Assembly (NCBI GenBank): GCA_965644495.1
Contig: CBFFSA010000010.1
Span: 310,001 to 374,000 of the forward strand
Source: Perkinsela sp. CCAP 1560/9
Lineage: Eukaryota > Protista > Euglenozoa: Kinetoplastea
Direction: 5' to 3'
Length of the DNA stretch: 64,000 bases
The position numbers and the translations under genes were made by a program. This document shows positions 46,634-57,825 of the stretch, piece after piece. The first letter of the stretch is position 1, and every line of letters starts with the position of its first letter. The notes under the pieces were generated by a model. That model was not told where the DNA came from and made no database searches. It saw only the letters and a list, made by a program, of their open reading frames with translations.

Positions 46634-47101
46634 AAAATACCTTTTTAAGGATAGTGCACCTTAAATTGCTCAAAGACATTATTGGTAAGCATGCAGTGAC
46701 GAAGGTGTTTGTCCTTTGCGTTATGGAAACATACGGAATACAGCTCGTCATTTCGAAATTTGTTTACGAATTAATATTTCACAATTATTTATTTTACACC
46801 CCCGCCCAAAAGTATTGTTCACAAAAATGGCCGATACACAAAGTATTGTATTTATTAGTATCGACCATTTTTTTGAGTTTTGACCTGAGTTTTAGTTGTT
46901 TTTTTTCGAATTTGCAGGAAATTAGCATAATGAGTTCTGATGTACGCGGCCACGTAATCGTCATCTCGAGGGAAGCTGAGTGATTTCTCTCCTATTTTTA
47001 TGCTTCACTATACGTTTGCACAGATCCGATATGATAATGTCCAACTTTTTGGAGGCCAGTGGCAACTGGTGGAAATCAACAAAAAATATTGTATTTATTA
47101 G

Positions 47102-49526
47102 CAGGGTTCGCAGAAACTATAAAACTATCAATATAGTACTATATATTAGTTACTATAAACTTTTTTCAAAAACTATAAAAAACTATATTTTTTTTCTTCG
47201 TATTTCAAGGTGCTTTTAAGCCCTTTGACCCATCCTAGTCATATGCAAATGTGTTTTTATCCCTTTTTTTCTTAATTTTTCTTCATTTTAAAACCGAAAC
47301 AGATGCCCGAAACGAAACTGCCGAGGGGAAATTTCTGTAAAGACTATTTTAGTGAAGTACCGCGCACGGAAGGACAGAAACCAGCGGTAGAATGCAACCT
47401 GTGTGTGGAGGGAAGTAAGAAGCGTTTTTTGGTTCCAAGAGGGCTATCGACAGATTATCATTCCGCAGAGAAGCACTTAGTGAAACACTAGAAAAAATAT
47501 GATGCCTGGTGTGCTGAACAAAACGAAAAGCGTCGACGTGCAAATCCGACGTTAAACATCTCTTCACAAGCGTCCAAACCTCAGGACCATAAGGATATAA
47601 TAGTTTGGAAAGCAGAGTTCGGAATTTCTTGAGCATCCTTTGTTTCTTAACAGAATTGTACGAGGCATGTGTCCCACTCCACCTCGAAGGGAAAAATTAA
47701 ACGAACTGACCATTGAGTATGCAAAGCAAACTAGAGTAAAGATGTGCGTTGACCTTGGTTTTAAATTTTCGGATGTGAGTTTATGTTTAGACACAGCCAC
47801 TTTTCACCATCGTACGACCTGCGCCGTTACAATGATCAACAATGGTGTGTCTATGTGTTGGACCGTCAGACCCATGCCCGCAAGTGATGCATCCGCCTTT
47901 CAACTTCTATTAAAAGAGGTTATAGAGGAGCTTTGCGCCGATCGAATTTTTGTGGCGCACGTGGTTTCAGACGCAGGAGCTGGAATCAAAAAGGGTTTAA
48001 TGATAACCGCTGAAGAGAGTGGAATAGCTTACACTGTTTGCATGGTCCACTCGCTTCAACTTTGCATGGGGCACACAATGCGGATGGAAAATACTGATGA
48101 GATTTTAGGCCTCGGAAAAAATTACGAAAAGTGGCGGGCACCTTGTCCGACACGTTGGTGGTCGACCTTTGACTCGGTCGAGCGTGCTCTGGGTGATTCT
48201 AATTGGGAAGCGTTTACGGCAAAAGCTCGAATGTTTTCGTGGCTTGATTCGCTTCTCATTTATCGCATTGTTGGCAGATTCATAGAAAGAGATGATTGTA
48301 CGCTCCCCACGGCAATGCGAATGTGGATACAGCTAATAAATGACGTACCTCAGCCACATGGGATGGTCTTGGCTGATCGTCTCATGCGAATAGTATGACA
48401 CGAACATCTTCTTGCTGCATCACTGTCTCCATGCATTGACTGGAACGGACGGTCTTGCATCGTAGGACTCAGCAAGTGCTGCTCGCAATTAGCGATAAAG
48501 TCAAAAACCCCTAATAAAGAAGCGCCCGAGTCGGGAGTGCGTCAAGATTTGAAATTGTGGTTTAGTGGACGTGTGCAGGAGTTTTTTAACATGAGCGAAG
48601 GTTCCTCTATTGAAAAAAAAGAAAGTGAAATGTTTCAGTTTTGGTCGGATTTATCAATTAAGAGCAAATTTTTACATTTGTCTTGGGCGGCACTGAAGCT
48701 GACTTCCTTTGTTGCTTCTGAGGCAAGTTGTGAGCGATTGTTTAGTTCCGTGGGATTTATATATGATGATCTTCGTGCGCGTATGTCTCCAGAAATGGTG
48801 GCGGCAGAAACATCTATTCGATGTAGTTTACGTTCTTCCGTGGAGAAGCAGAATCTGCTCCCGCAGGCAATAGAAGTTGAGTTGGACCCGGTCGCCGAGG
48901 TAGCCCACGTAGTAACAGGAGATGGAATCAGCGCTTTGAAAGCCCAGGGGCAACGAATTGCTCATAAATATTCCTCTCTTATGAAACAAGACTCCGTGAA
49001 CACGTCGGAGATGGATTTTCTTTGGAGTCTGTACCGCTGCAAGTCAGTTTTTACTATGATTTCTGCGGACCCGAAGAACTATCGCATCTGGGTAGGGGGG
49101 CAATGGTTCTACCCCCAAGGAACTGTAAAGTACGGGGGCGTGGCGAAGGTGTATCAAATATTATGTGAGCAGGGCTACTCTTTGACTCTCGTTCAAATTC
49201 ATGCCGCGGAATATGCTGTAGAATACAAAAAGCGCATTTGCTACGAGCGAGTAGACTTATCCACTATTTACTAAAAACGGATACTTCGAGTTTGGGCTAT
49301 ATTTTTTTTGGCTTTGGGCAGGCTAAGTGCGGAGGTGGAGTGACGATGGACGTATAAAAACGCGTGTGTGTTACTCACTTACACAAAAAATACCATTTGG
49401 AATGCAACAAAAGGTTATAGTTTTCTTATAGTTTTATAGTAAAATATAGTAAATATAGTACTATATAGTAACTATATTCAATAAAAAAAACGATATTTTA
49501 CTATATTATAGTTTCTGCGAACCCTG
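47102..49526 (+). mobile_element. hAT transposon with 8-bp TSD; transposase inactivated by stops
   Basis: TTTATTAG|cagggttcgcagaaactataa ... ttatagtttctgcgaaccctg|TTTATTAG; BED finger (CNLC..HLVKH), VVSDAG, CMVHSLQL, TRWWS, SEASCERLFS. Confidence 0.95.
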
Positions 49527-49725
49527 TTTATTAGTATCGACCAAAAATTCGTGGTCGATACAATATTACTACTAGTTATCTGTCACTACTTTTAGTTATA
49601 AGGTGACAGATAGCTAGGGGGGGTAGGGGTGTGACAGATAACTAGGCAGTCCAGTGTCGGACAGATAACTAGGATGGGGGCACAAAAAAAAGGTCACAAA
49701 AAAAGTGAGAGCATGTAATTACAGA

Positions 49726-50062
49726 AACCTAGGGTAAACTGGACGAGGGAGATACCAATAGTGTGGGTGCGGCAGTTCCCACAGGAAAAACGGCATCTCT
49801 ACCTTTTTATATGCTTGTCCTCATGCCATAAGGGGGATACCGTTTTTCCTGTGGAAACTGCCGCACCCACACTATTGGTATCTCCCTCGTCCACATTACC
49901 CTAGGTTACATAGTAAAAACATGTTCCCTAGGACTCCTTACAGCTTCCCACGCGAGGATGTCGTCGTCGCTGTGGCGAAAAGGCAGAAGGCTCCGCCTTC
50001 TGCTTTTGCCTTGCGCCTCCTCCTTCCTCTACGGTCTTGCGTATCCTACACTTCAAGTTGAA
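49726..50062. repeat. Long hairpin (49726-49907) plus conserved flank; copy 2
   Basis: aacctagggtaaactggacgagggagatacc... pairs with ...ggtatctccctcgtccacattaccctaggtt; flank homologous to 15671-15830. Confidence 0.85.
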
Positions 50063-50479
50063 AAACGCATACGTGGCAAATTGGGGTTTGCAAATCGCTT
50101 CCGAAGAAGGGGGTCTCGAGTCGTCCAAATGGTGCAGTTTTTCTTTACTAAAACGAACTATTTATGGTGCTGCCTTTAGTTCTTTGCGAAAAAAACTTCT
50201 TCCGGATTTTTCGCGCCAAATTTCAGGCCAAATTTCGGGTCAATTTTTATTATTACTGGGTAACGAGCGAGTAGTATCTCCCTCAATATCTTTATCGCCT
50301 AGGAAAATTCCTTTCTACCCCAATGGGGTACTATAAGCTGAAGACATGCGTCTACGGGTTAAAACAGCTAAAAGAGTAGCAAAATTGTGGAAAATTTAAG
50401 CATCGTATATTGCATTAAAGTACAATATGGTTACGAAATATGGGATAGAACTAAACATCCGGAGCTATCGGAACCCATT

Positions 50480-52534
50480 TTTCACAAATATCTCGACGGG
50501 AAATGATGTCAATATCATGCACTTCAAATAAAGTGTGATACAGATTATTTGTCACGTGAATAGCACAACTGTTTTCACCGGAACTTTGCTACGGACAACT
50601 CATTGGTACTATTAAATACGGCGAGGAGTCCGTTTTCAAATGCTCACACAGATGATCCTTAAATAAATTTATTATTACGTTAGCATTGAATTTTTGAAGC
50701 GCGTGCCTATTGAAGCTGTCGTAGACCGTAATATGCTCCCGTACATGGACCAGAACATAGTACGCATAGTAGAGGCACGCAAATATTCTAGTACGATGCG
50801 AAGCTTGAGAAGGAAATTTAGCTCGCCCCATAATTAGGAGCATAGACTGAACGTTCCAAAAAAGAACGTCCTCAGAAGGGAATTTCACTTTATAAACATG
50901 AAAAAGTTTATCGAAAGAAGATCAAGTTTGTTGGATGGAATCATTGCACTTTTTCATCGCAGACTTGCCCATTGATCTGCTTTCGGAGACTGATCTGATA
51001 ATTCGCGGGTAACAGAGGGCTCCGCCGGTTTAGGGGTGCGTGAGCGAGAAATTGATGCCATAGCTTCACGCGTTACAAAAGGAGGTACGCAAAAAGGTCT
51101 TGAGGTTAAACTGACTTTCTTCTCTTCGTCATTACTAGGAGAGACTTCTTTGTTCTCTTTTTTCTGGGTTTTCCTTTGTGAAGATGGGATGGTGCAGTCC
51201 TTCCAATTCCACGGGTCAGTGGATTTAAAATGAACTGAGTTGAAGTCTTAAAAATCCTTCGCGGTACCGTTTCCATGTTTTTTCATGCGCGTAATGAACA
51301 AGATTCACTTTTGAAATGAAGGGATTTTCTTCTTTCCACTTCTTCAGAGGACCATGGTACAGTCTCTTAAACTTGTTTTTGAAATAATTGTCATGTACTT
51401 GAATAAAGGGTGTAAAGGCTCCAGCGATACGATGCATGTCGCAGTTCGTCGGAAGGTCGGACGTGCGGTGAGCCGTGTAGTCATCTACCAAAATGACGGT
51501 CGGTGGTTTGTGATCGCTGATGTTATCTATATGCTTTTTTAAAAGGTTAGTGAAAAGATGAAGGTTTGTCCACCCTGAATTAGATACTTCAACGTACACA
51601 GAGTGGTGTATGTTGCCTGCTATACGGGCAACTTCCCTTAGAAGGCGAGATTTAGCTGCTTCTTGCTCTGGGGAAGTCAAAATGATTGTCGGAGGAAGCC
51701 GGTAGACCCGTTTTTCTTTGATGTCATACAGGCCTGCAAGAAATCCTATCGGAAAGACCTTTCGAAGAAACACCATATTTTTCCATTGCGTTAAAAACCA
51801 TTTCCTTAGTAATAGCACAATGTGTCTCTATTAATAATAGAGTCTCCATAATAATTATGGAGCTCAATTCTTCTTGTACCTTTAAAATATTATCTTCCCG
51901 GTCCTTATTAAATTTTCTCAGCCGCTTGCTTCCACATCCTGCTTTCGTTATTAATAATAACATTACCAAGCAATAATAATTATTGCTTGGTAATGTACTG
52001 CACCCTTTTCTTTAATGCGATGTATAGTGCGGGAGGTCACCGAATATTGATCGCTAAGTTCCTTTGCCGTGAGATTACTTTTACCATTTTTAATTTTTCC
52101 TGTGCCGTTAGTTCGTTTGAACCCTTAACTAACACAGTTGGGACATCGGCGGGTGTGTCATAAAGAGAAGTCATAAAGGGCCCTACTCGTGGACCAGGGG
52201 GATTGGTCTTTATCCAAGACCAAAGCGGACCAACAGGTAAAGCTCCCTGTTCAACTTGATGATCGCTGGGAGAAGATGCAGGTGGTAATTCCGCACCGGT
52301 GAAAGCGATTAATGGATCAGAAAGTGATGATGATGATGGTGCTGAAGAAGACGATGAAATGTATAACGAAGGGAATGTCCATGGTGATAATGAAGGGGAA
52401 GATGAAGGGGATGTCGAAGGCGATAGTGAACGGGAAGAAGCGCCTGATGAACGGGATGAACCAAGCGAGCTCCGATTCCTGTTCTTCAATTTCATGTGCA
52501 CAGCACCACGCACGACCATTCGCTTAAAATACAA
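50480..52534 (-). pseudogene. Decayed pogo/Tigger (DDE_1) transposase followed by an Ulp1-like protease relic
   Basis: SGWTN, ILVDDYTAH, TPFIQVHD..FKRLY; downstream YVLV..TVYDS..P*QSSGENSCAIHV. Confidence 0.7.
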
Positions 52535-53009
52535 AAGGTAAAAATGTAAGCTTCGTTTTTAAGTTTAAAAAGAAATAGGATTAATGCCATCGAAAATGTA
52601 CCCTAAAATTTTTTTTTTTAAATAATAATTTTGTATGCCAAACGTTTTGGGTACTAAAATTGGGTATAGAAATAGTGAAATTAAGATATGAAATTCTTAA
52701 AAGAAATTCTTAAAGATATGAAATTCTTAAAAATATGGACTGCTCTGGGTGCGTGACTTTGATCTGTCTCTTGGCAGTTACCTCAATTTCGGATATTACG
52801 CAGGAAAATGTTGTTCGTTGGCTTCGAAATCATTATTTCGGGGCTCAGACTCCTTGCGCGCGATGCGGCGTCAGGCCTCGGAATGGTCAATGCTTTAGAA
52901 AAATTACGGAAAACTCAAAATGTCGCTTAAAAGTTCCAGAATTTGGCCCTTTGTTTCCCAGTGGAACTCATATTTTACAAACTTTTCGCTCTTGGACACT
53001 ACAAACTTC

Positions 53010-53350
53010 CTTCCTTTTGGAGATCTCCCGCGAAATATGACGGTTCTCAATGTCACACAGAATTTATGTTCTCCGGGGAACTTGATTTTGGAGCTCTGCC
53101 TCAAACAATGAAATCGAAAATTTTCTGGTCTAGTCGACGCTTCTACATTTCCTAAATCATTGACTTTGCTTTATGTTACGAATAACGCGAATCTTTATGG
53201 CGAGATTCGCATGAATGGTTTGCCTGAGGTTGATGTGAAATACTCTGGCACGAAGCTTGTTGTTAAGTAGTTTAGTTTATCTTGTGACTTGTTCATATAG
53301 TATGTGTTTAACTCATTTTAAGTCTTAAACTCCCGAGATTCTTCTATCAC
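53010..53350 (+). pseudogene. 5'-truncated copy of the LRR gene at 36477 including its 3' flank
   Basis: High DNA identity to ~36793-37150. Confidence 0.9.
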
Positions 53351-53663
53351 GCCACTGTACATAATGCATTGAAAAAACAATGAATTCAACTAGGAGGAGT
53401 GACTCTGGGTGGTAGCACCTGGAAGCGCCAAGGACCTTTGTCTTAATTTTTCTTAATCTTTTTGGTTCCAGATAGAGGATGTGCTAATCATGTTGTTTGA
53501 AATGTTTACCCTACAAGACACCCTTCCAAGCGTTGTCTTATTTGAACGTGTCGCATAGACGGTAGCGACAGACAACCTGCCATTTTCCGAATCTTTTGAA
53601 GAACATTTTCAGCTTTTGGAATTAAGCTTAGTAAACGTGACAGATACGCATTCAAACGGGGTT

Positions 53664-54236
53664 CTAGTACACGAATTTCCCTTTTTTTGTACGTTGGAGC
53701 ACCAAGTGGTCTGCTTGCCTGCCACCGTCAGTTTGCATTACAATGTAATGCAATGGATGTAATACATCCATTACCTGGGAGAACTCAAGCTGTTCTCTCT
53801 TGTGCCGAGAAGTGAGGTTGTGTACTCTTGGGGCACCTCGTTGCACAACACCTTCTTCTTTTAGAGCTCTAATAAAGACTCTTCGGTTGCTCTGTGAGCC
53901 CGTTTGTTTTAAAACTTCTTTATGCAAGAAGTTCCATGAAGGGCAACGTAGGTGAAGTGTTGCGTTTAGGTGATCCATTACCGCAATACTGTCCATCACA
54001 AAGGCAGGGGTGATCACAGGGTTGGAGCGACGTGTTGGGGTCCTCGAAACATCACCCGTTTCCTCGTGACGTTGAACCGAACGACGAACTTTACAGCTAG
54101 TCACATTGTAGTGGCGTGCAGTAGCTTGGATGGATTCCACACGATAATAGTATTCAACGAGGAGCATACGATGGGTTAACTTGACCTGTCCAGCTCTGTA
54201 AGAGCTTCTCCCAATACTGGTTCGCGAGAAAGTCAT
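53664..54236 (-). pseudogene. Tc1-type transposase N-terminal half
   Basis: HRMLLV..ATARHYNV..ETGDV..LTSRHKREQLEF, similar to ORF 7482-8234. Confidence 0.7.
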
Positions 54237-54619
54237 ATTGCGCGGAAAAACCGAAAAATTCTTCAGAAAAAAAGAAATCTGCTAGTTTTTACAGAAAAAA
54301 TATGAGAAAGGCAAAACTTTTTATGAACCCAAACAAACGAAAACCACTGGAACGGGGTACTAGAATCGAAAGAAGAGATTGTATGCTTCGCTAACTTAAC
54401 TCAATGGTCTTACTTTGCTTACTCAACACTTACAGTATGTATCAACTTAACTGTGTATCAGTATGTATCAACTTAACTTCATCAGTATCAATTCACCTAT
54501 TAAAGACGTGGAAATGAGACAATTCGGTCAGAGTTTCGAATGCTTTCCGCCTGGTGGTATGTGCCAGATGGAGTCTCAGAACGTCCTGGCGCTTCTACGA
54601 CAGAACGCTCCTACTGTTA

Positions 54620-55156
54620 ACGGATGTTAGTGTTTTTCCGCTGGAGACGCCAGTTTGCACAACAACGCGAGCGTTTTCGGAAACAGAACGCCAAAGACTT
54701 TGCACTGAAGTCAGCAACTTCGCTTGAACGCCGCGGAGCAAACAATGGACCCAAGATCTTGACTGACCTCTTCCACAAAATAGATCGCGCGCGATCGAAC
54801 ATCTTGCAAAAGATGTCCACGGCGATCATTGATGTGGAGAAGTTCCCGCTCTAAGAGCTTTGACGTGACTTCGATTCCACACACAGTACGTCCTCCGTGC
54901 AAAAAAGAATCGATAGTTCGCTGTACATGATCTAAGATTTCTTCGATCTTAGCACTGGGCTCCTCTTCAGTGATTGTAAGCATAGAAAGGATGTAGAACA
55001 ATGTTCGGCGTCTTCCTGACCAGGCCTCTTGGTGAACGAGGTGGAGTGAAACTCGGAGGCGAGGGTTGATTCGACCGCATGCATAAGTACGTCATCAAGA
55101 CTCTTGCAGAGGTGCATAAGTGATTGCAGTGGTGTCGTTCTTAAATCATAAATCAA
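54620..55156 (-). pseudogene. Homolog of the accessory ORF at 17788-18392
   Basis: RTIDSFLHGGRTVCGIEVTSKLLERELLHINDRRGHLLQD versus RTMDSYLHATRSVCGVEVSSQVLQRVIFHLVERRGHLLLD. Confidence 0.7.
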
Positions 55157-55449
55157 GTCTGTAATTTTTTATTCTGTAAAATTTGCAGAAAGTTACACAT
55201 TCTCGAATTAGCGCCATTGCTACCTGGTGGTCCCTGATCCTAATTATGGTTTTCAGAGACATTTCAGCCGGCCTTACACCAGGTGTCGTCTGGTATTCGG
55301 GTGATTAGCGTAGTATTCAGGGGACCCAAGCGTAGTTCAGGGGCTTCCTAGGACGCAGACATTTATGCCGCAGACATGGAATTTATGCCGCAGACTGGAA
55401 ACATGGCTACAACGTTACCCGAAGCAGGGGGGGGGGTAATAATTCCGCA

Positions 55450-55570
55450 CTTGCTCATGTTCAAAAAGACACCAACGCGGACCTACCCTTGCAATCGTAT
55501 CCAGTGAGTTCCTCACATCTTCTGCCCGGCCAATGAGCATTCCATCATCTAGGTAAATAACTACAAGTAC
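55450..55570 (-). pseudogene. Reverse transcriptase YLDD fragment (CRE-like)
   Basis: Translates to VVIYLDDGMLIGRAEDVRNSLDTIA. Confidence 0.65.
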
Positions 55571-55983
55571 ACGTCAGCCTAGTGATTTATCTCGTTCTCA
55601 GGCTCCAAAGAGAGCAGTGAAAAGAAAAGCGGTCGTAGAGGGTCTCCCTGTTGGACGCCTTCATCAGAGAGGAAGGTATGGTTGCGGTAAGTCAAAGCAC
55701 TGGTTGTGTACTTGCCCATGGAAACAATTCGGGAAAGTGTTCGCCTACGATCTTCAAGAAAGTTGTTCTAACGTTGTTGAAGGCCTCCCGTTTTTAATTT
55801 TTTTAAGGTGCCCGTTTATTTTATGTTCAAGTTTCGATTTTTGAGCGCCGGATTATTGTTTATTAGGCAAATAAAATGAGTTCCCCGGTATGTAAAACCA
55901 CATCCTACAATGTTTGAATCCTGTATTTTCGCACAACATTGTATCGCACAGCGATTTTATTTCTTATTCGTCTTTATAACAGC

Positions 55984-57825
55984 ATGCACAGTCCCAGTGC
56001 AAAGGACTCATCTGTCCAGCATAAACCGCTCATGTGCCGTTCTATGCAATACACATTGCATCCCTACGTTGAGTGCGAACGAGACAGCTGGAAAATTTTA
56101 CACGCGAATGGGAGCGCTGTGCATTTTTTTGAAGACTCGCATCTTCCAGGTGGATCAAAGTCCCATGCAGGTGACAGACACGTCAGCGAAAAAAAAATCA
56201 GTTTTCTCTGTGATATATTCGACGATGAAATTCTAAAGTCTGTTGCCCGTGAGCCCGATCGCGTGCTACTCGCTCGCACGCGGTTCCCAACCCCACAACT
56301 CTACGCACTACGTGCGGCCCCGCCGGAAAACGCACCTCCACAGAACGGCTCATGTAGCGAACGAATAGCCATCAGCTTTAAGCCGCTTCACCCCACAGGG
56401 ATCCCGGGGTCTCGAACTCGCACTCCCCACACAGGTGCCTACTCCCCCATACCCGACCTCTTCCGCTCCACGTTCGCCGCGAAAGATTACCTCAAAAAGA
56501 AGCTGAGCATCACCGACGTCAACCTCCACAACCAGCGCGTTCTCCTCCGTGTGGACTACAACGTCCCCATGGACGCCGCCCACGAGGTCGTGATGAACGA
56601 TTTCCGTATTCGTTCCACCCTCCCCACGCTGCTCCACATCCTCCGCCAGCAACCCCGTTACCTTGTCCTCCTCGCGCACTGGGGACAACCCCCGAAATCA
56701 GGTGGCTACTCCCGGGCCTACTCGCTTCAACCCCTTGTCCCCGTGTTACAAAAAGCCCTCACCGAGGCTTGGGGTTCGCACCCTGGGGAGGACGCCGCCC
56801 ATCCAAGGGAGGCTTCCTCAAAAACCACAACAACAACAACCAACCCCCCCGTCGTGAGTTTTGTCCCCGACCCTCTTGCGGCCACCGCCCACCTCTCCCG
56901 TGTCCCCCCAGGCTCGGTGGTTCTGTTCGAAAACCTCCGGTTCCACCCCGGGGAGGCCTCCAAGGCCCCCCGGGCGCGTCAGGCCTTCGCGACGGTACTA
57001 GCCGCCCACGGCACCGTCTTCATCAACGACGCCTTCGGGGTCTCCCACCGCACCGCGGCCTCCCTGTGCGAGCTCCCCCGCACCCTCGGCCTCGGGGCCG
57101 CCGGTCTCCTCCTCGCGAAGGAACTCACCGCGTTCCAGAAAATCCTTCACAACCCCCGACGCCCCCTACTCGCCCTCCTCGGGGGCGCCAAGGTCACCGA
57201 CAAAGTCAAACTCATCCAACACTTACTCAACCGGGTCGACGCCCTCTTCATTGGGGGCGCCATGAGTTTCCCTTTTCTATCCGCTCTGGGCCATGACATG
57301 GGGAAAAGCTATTTCCCCCAACGCAAAGATAACAACCCCGCAAACGATCCCGTGAGGGTCGCGGGCCAACTCCTCGCGGAGCCGCGCTGGGGGAATAAAA
57401 TCATTCTCCCGGTGGATCACGTGGTACGGGACGGGGCCACAGGTAGGGTGGGACCGACCAAAGGGCTGGTCGTGCCCAAAGGCTCGGCCGTGTTCGATAT
57501 CGGCCCCCGGACCCTGGAGCGGGTAGAGGGGCTGCTGCGGGAGGCCCGCACGGTGGTGTGGAACGGGCCCGTGGGGAGGTTCGAGGAGGCGCCGTTTGCG
57601 TACGGCACCGTGGGGGTTGCCAGGGCCCTGGCGGCGGCGACACGGGAGAGGGGGGTGGTGAGTGTGGTGGGGGGAGGGGACACGGTGGCGGCGGTGCAGG
57701 GGGCGGGGGTGGGGGAGGGGCTGAGCCATGTGAGCACGGGAGGGGGGGCCTCGTTGGGGCTGTTGCAAGGGGAGGTGCTGCCGGGGTTGGTGGGGTTGTC
57801 GAACCGGGTGGAGGCGAAGTTGTGA
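55984..57825 (+). CDS. PGK: Phosphoglycerate kinase with PAS-like N-terminal extension and PTS1 (AKL)
   Basis: RVDYNVP, ENLRFH, NDAFG, GGAKVTDK, WNGPVG, GGGDT, HVSTGGGASL; ends ..EAKL; first ATG at 55984. Confidence 0.92.
   Translation: MHSPSAKDSSVQHKPLMCRSMQYTLHPYVECERDSWKILHANGSAVHFFEDSHLPGGSKSHAGDRHVSEKKISFLCDIFDDEILKSVAREPDRVLLARTRFPTPQLYALRAAPPENAPPQNGSCSERIAISFKPLHPTGIPGSRTRTPHTGAYSPIPDLFRSTFAAKDYLKKKLSITDVNLHNQRVLLRVDYNVPMDAAHEVVMNDFRIRSTLPTLLHILRQQPRYLVLLAHWGQPPKSGGYSRAYSLQPLVPVLQKALTEAWGSHPGEDAAHPREASSKTTTTTTNPPVVSFVPDPLAATAHLSRVPPGSVVLFENLRFHPGEASKAPRARQAFATVLAAHGTVFINDAFGVSHRTAASLCELPRTLGLGAAGLLLAKELTAFQKILHNPRRPLLALLGGAKVTDKVKLIQHLLNRVDALFIGGAMSFPFLSALGHDMGKSYFPQRKDNNPANDPVRVAGQLLAEPRWGNKIILPVDHVVRDGATGRVGPTKGLVVPKGSAVFDIGPRTLERVEGLLREARTVVWNGPVGRFEEAPFAYGTVGVARALAAATRERGVVSVVGGGDTVAAVQGAGVGEGLSHVSTGGGASLGLLQGEVLPGLVGLSNRVEAKL

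Noticed and set aside
52299-52541. Acidic + strand ORF
   Set aside because: Short low-complexity antisense shadow of the S/P-rich N-terminus of the pogo-like relic.
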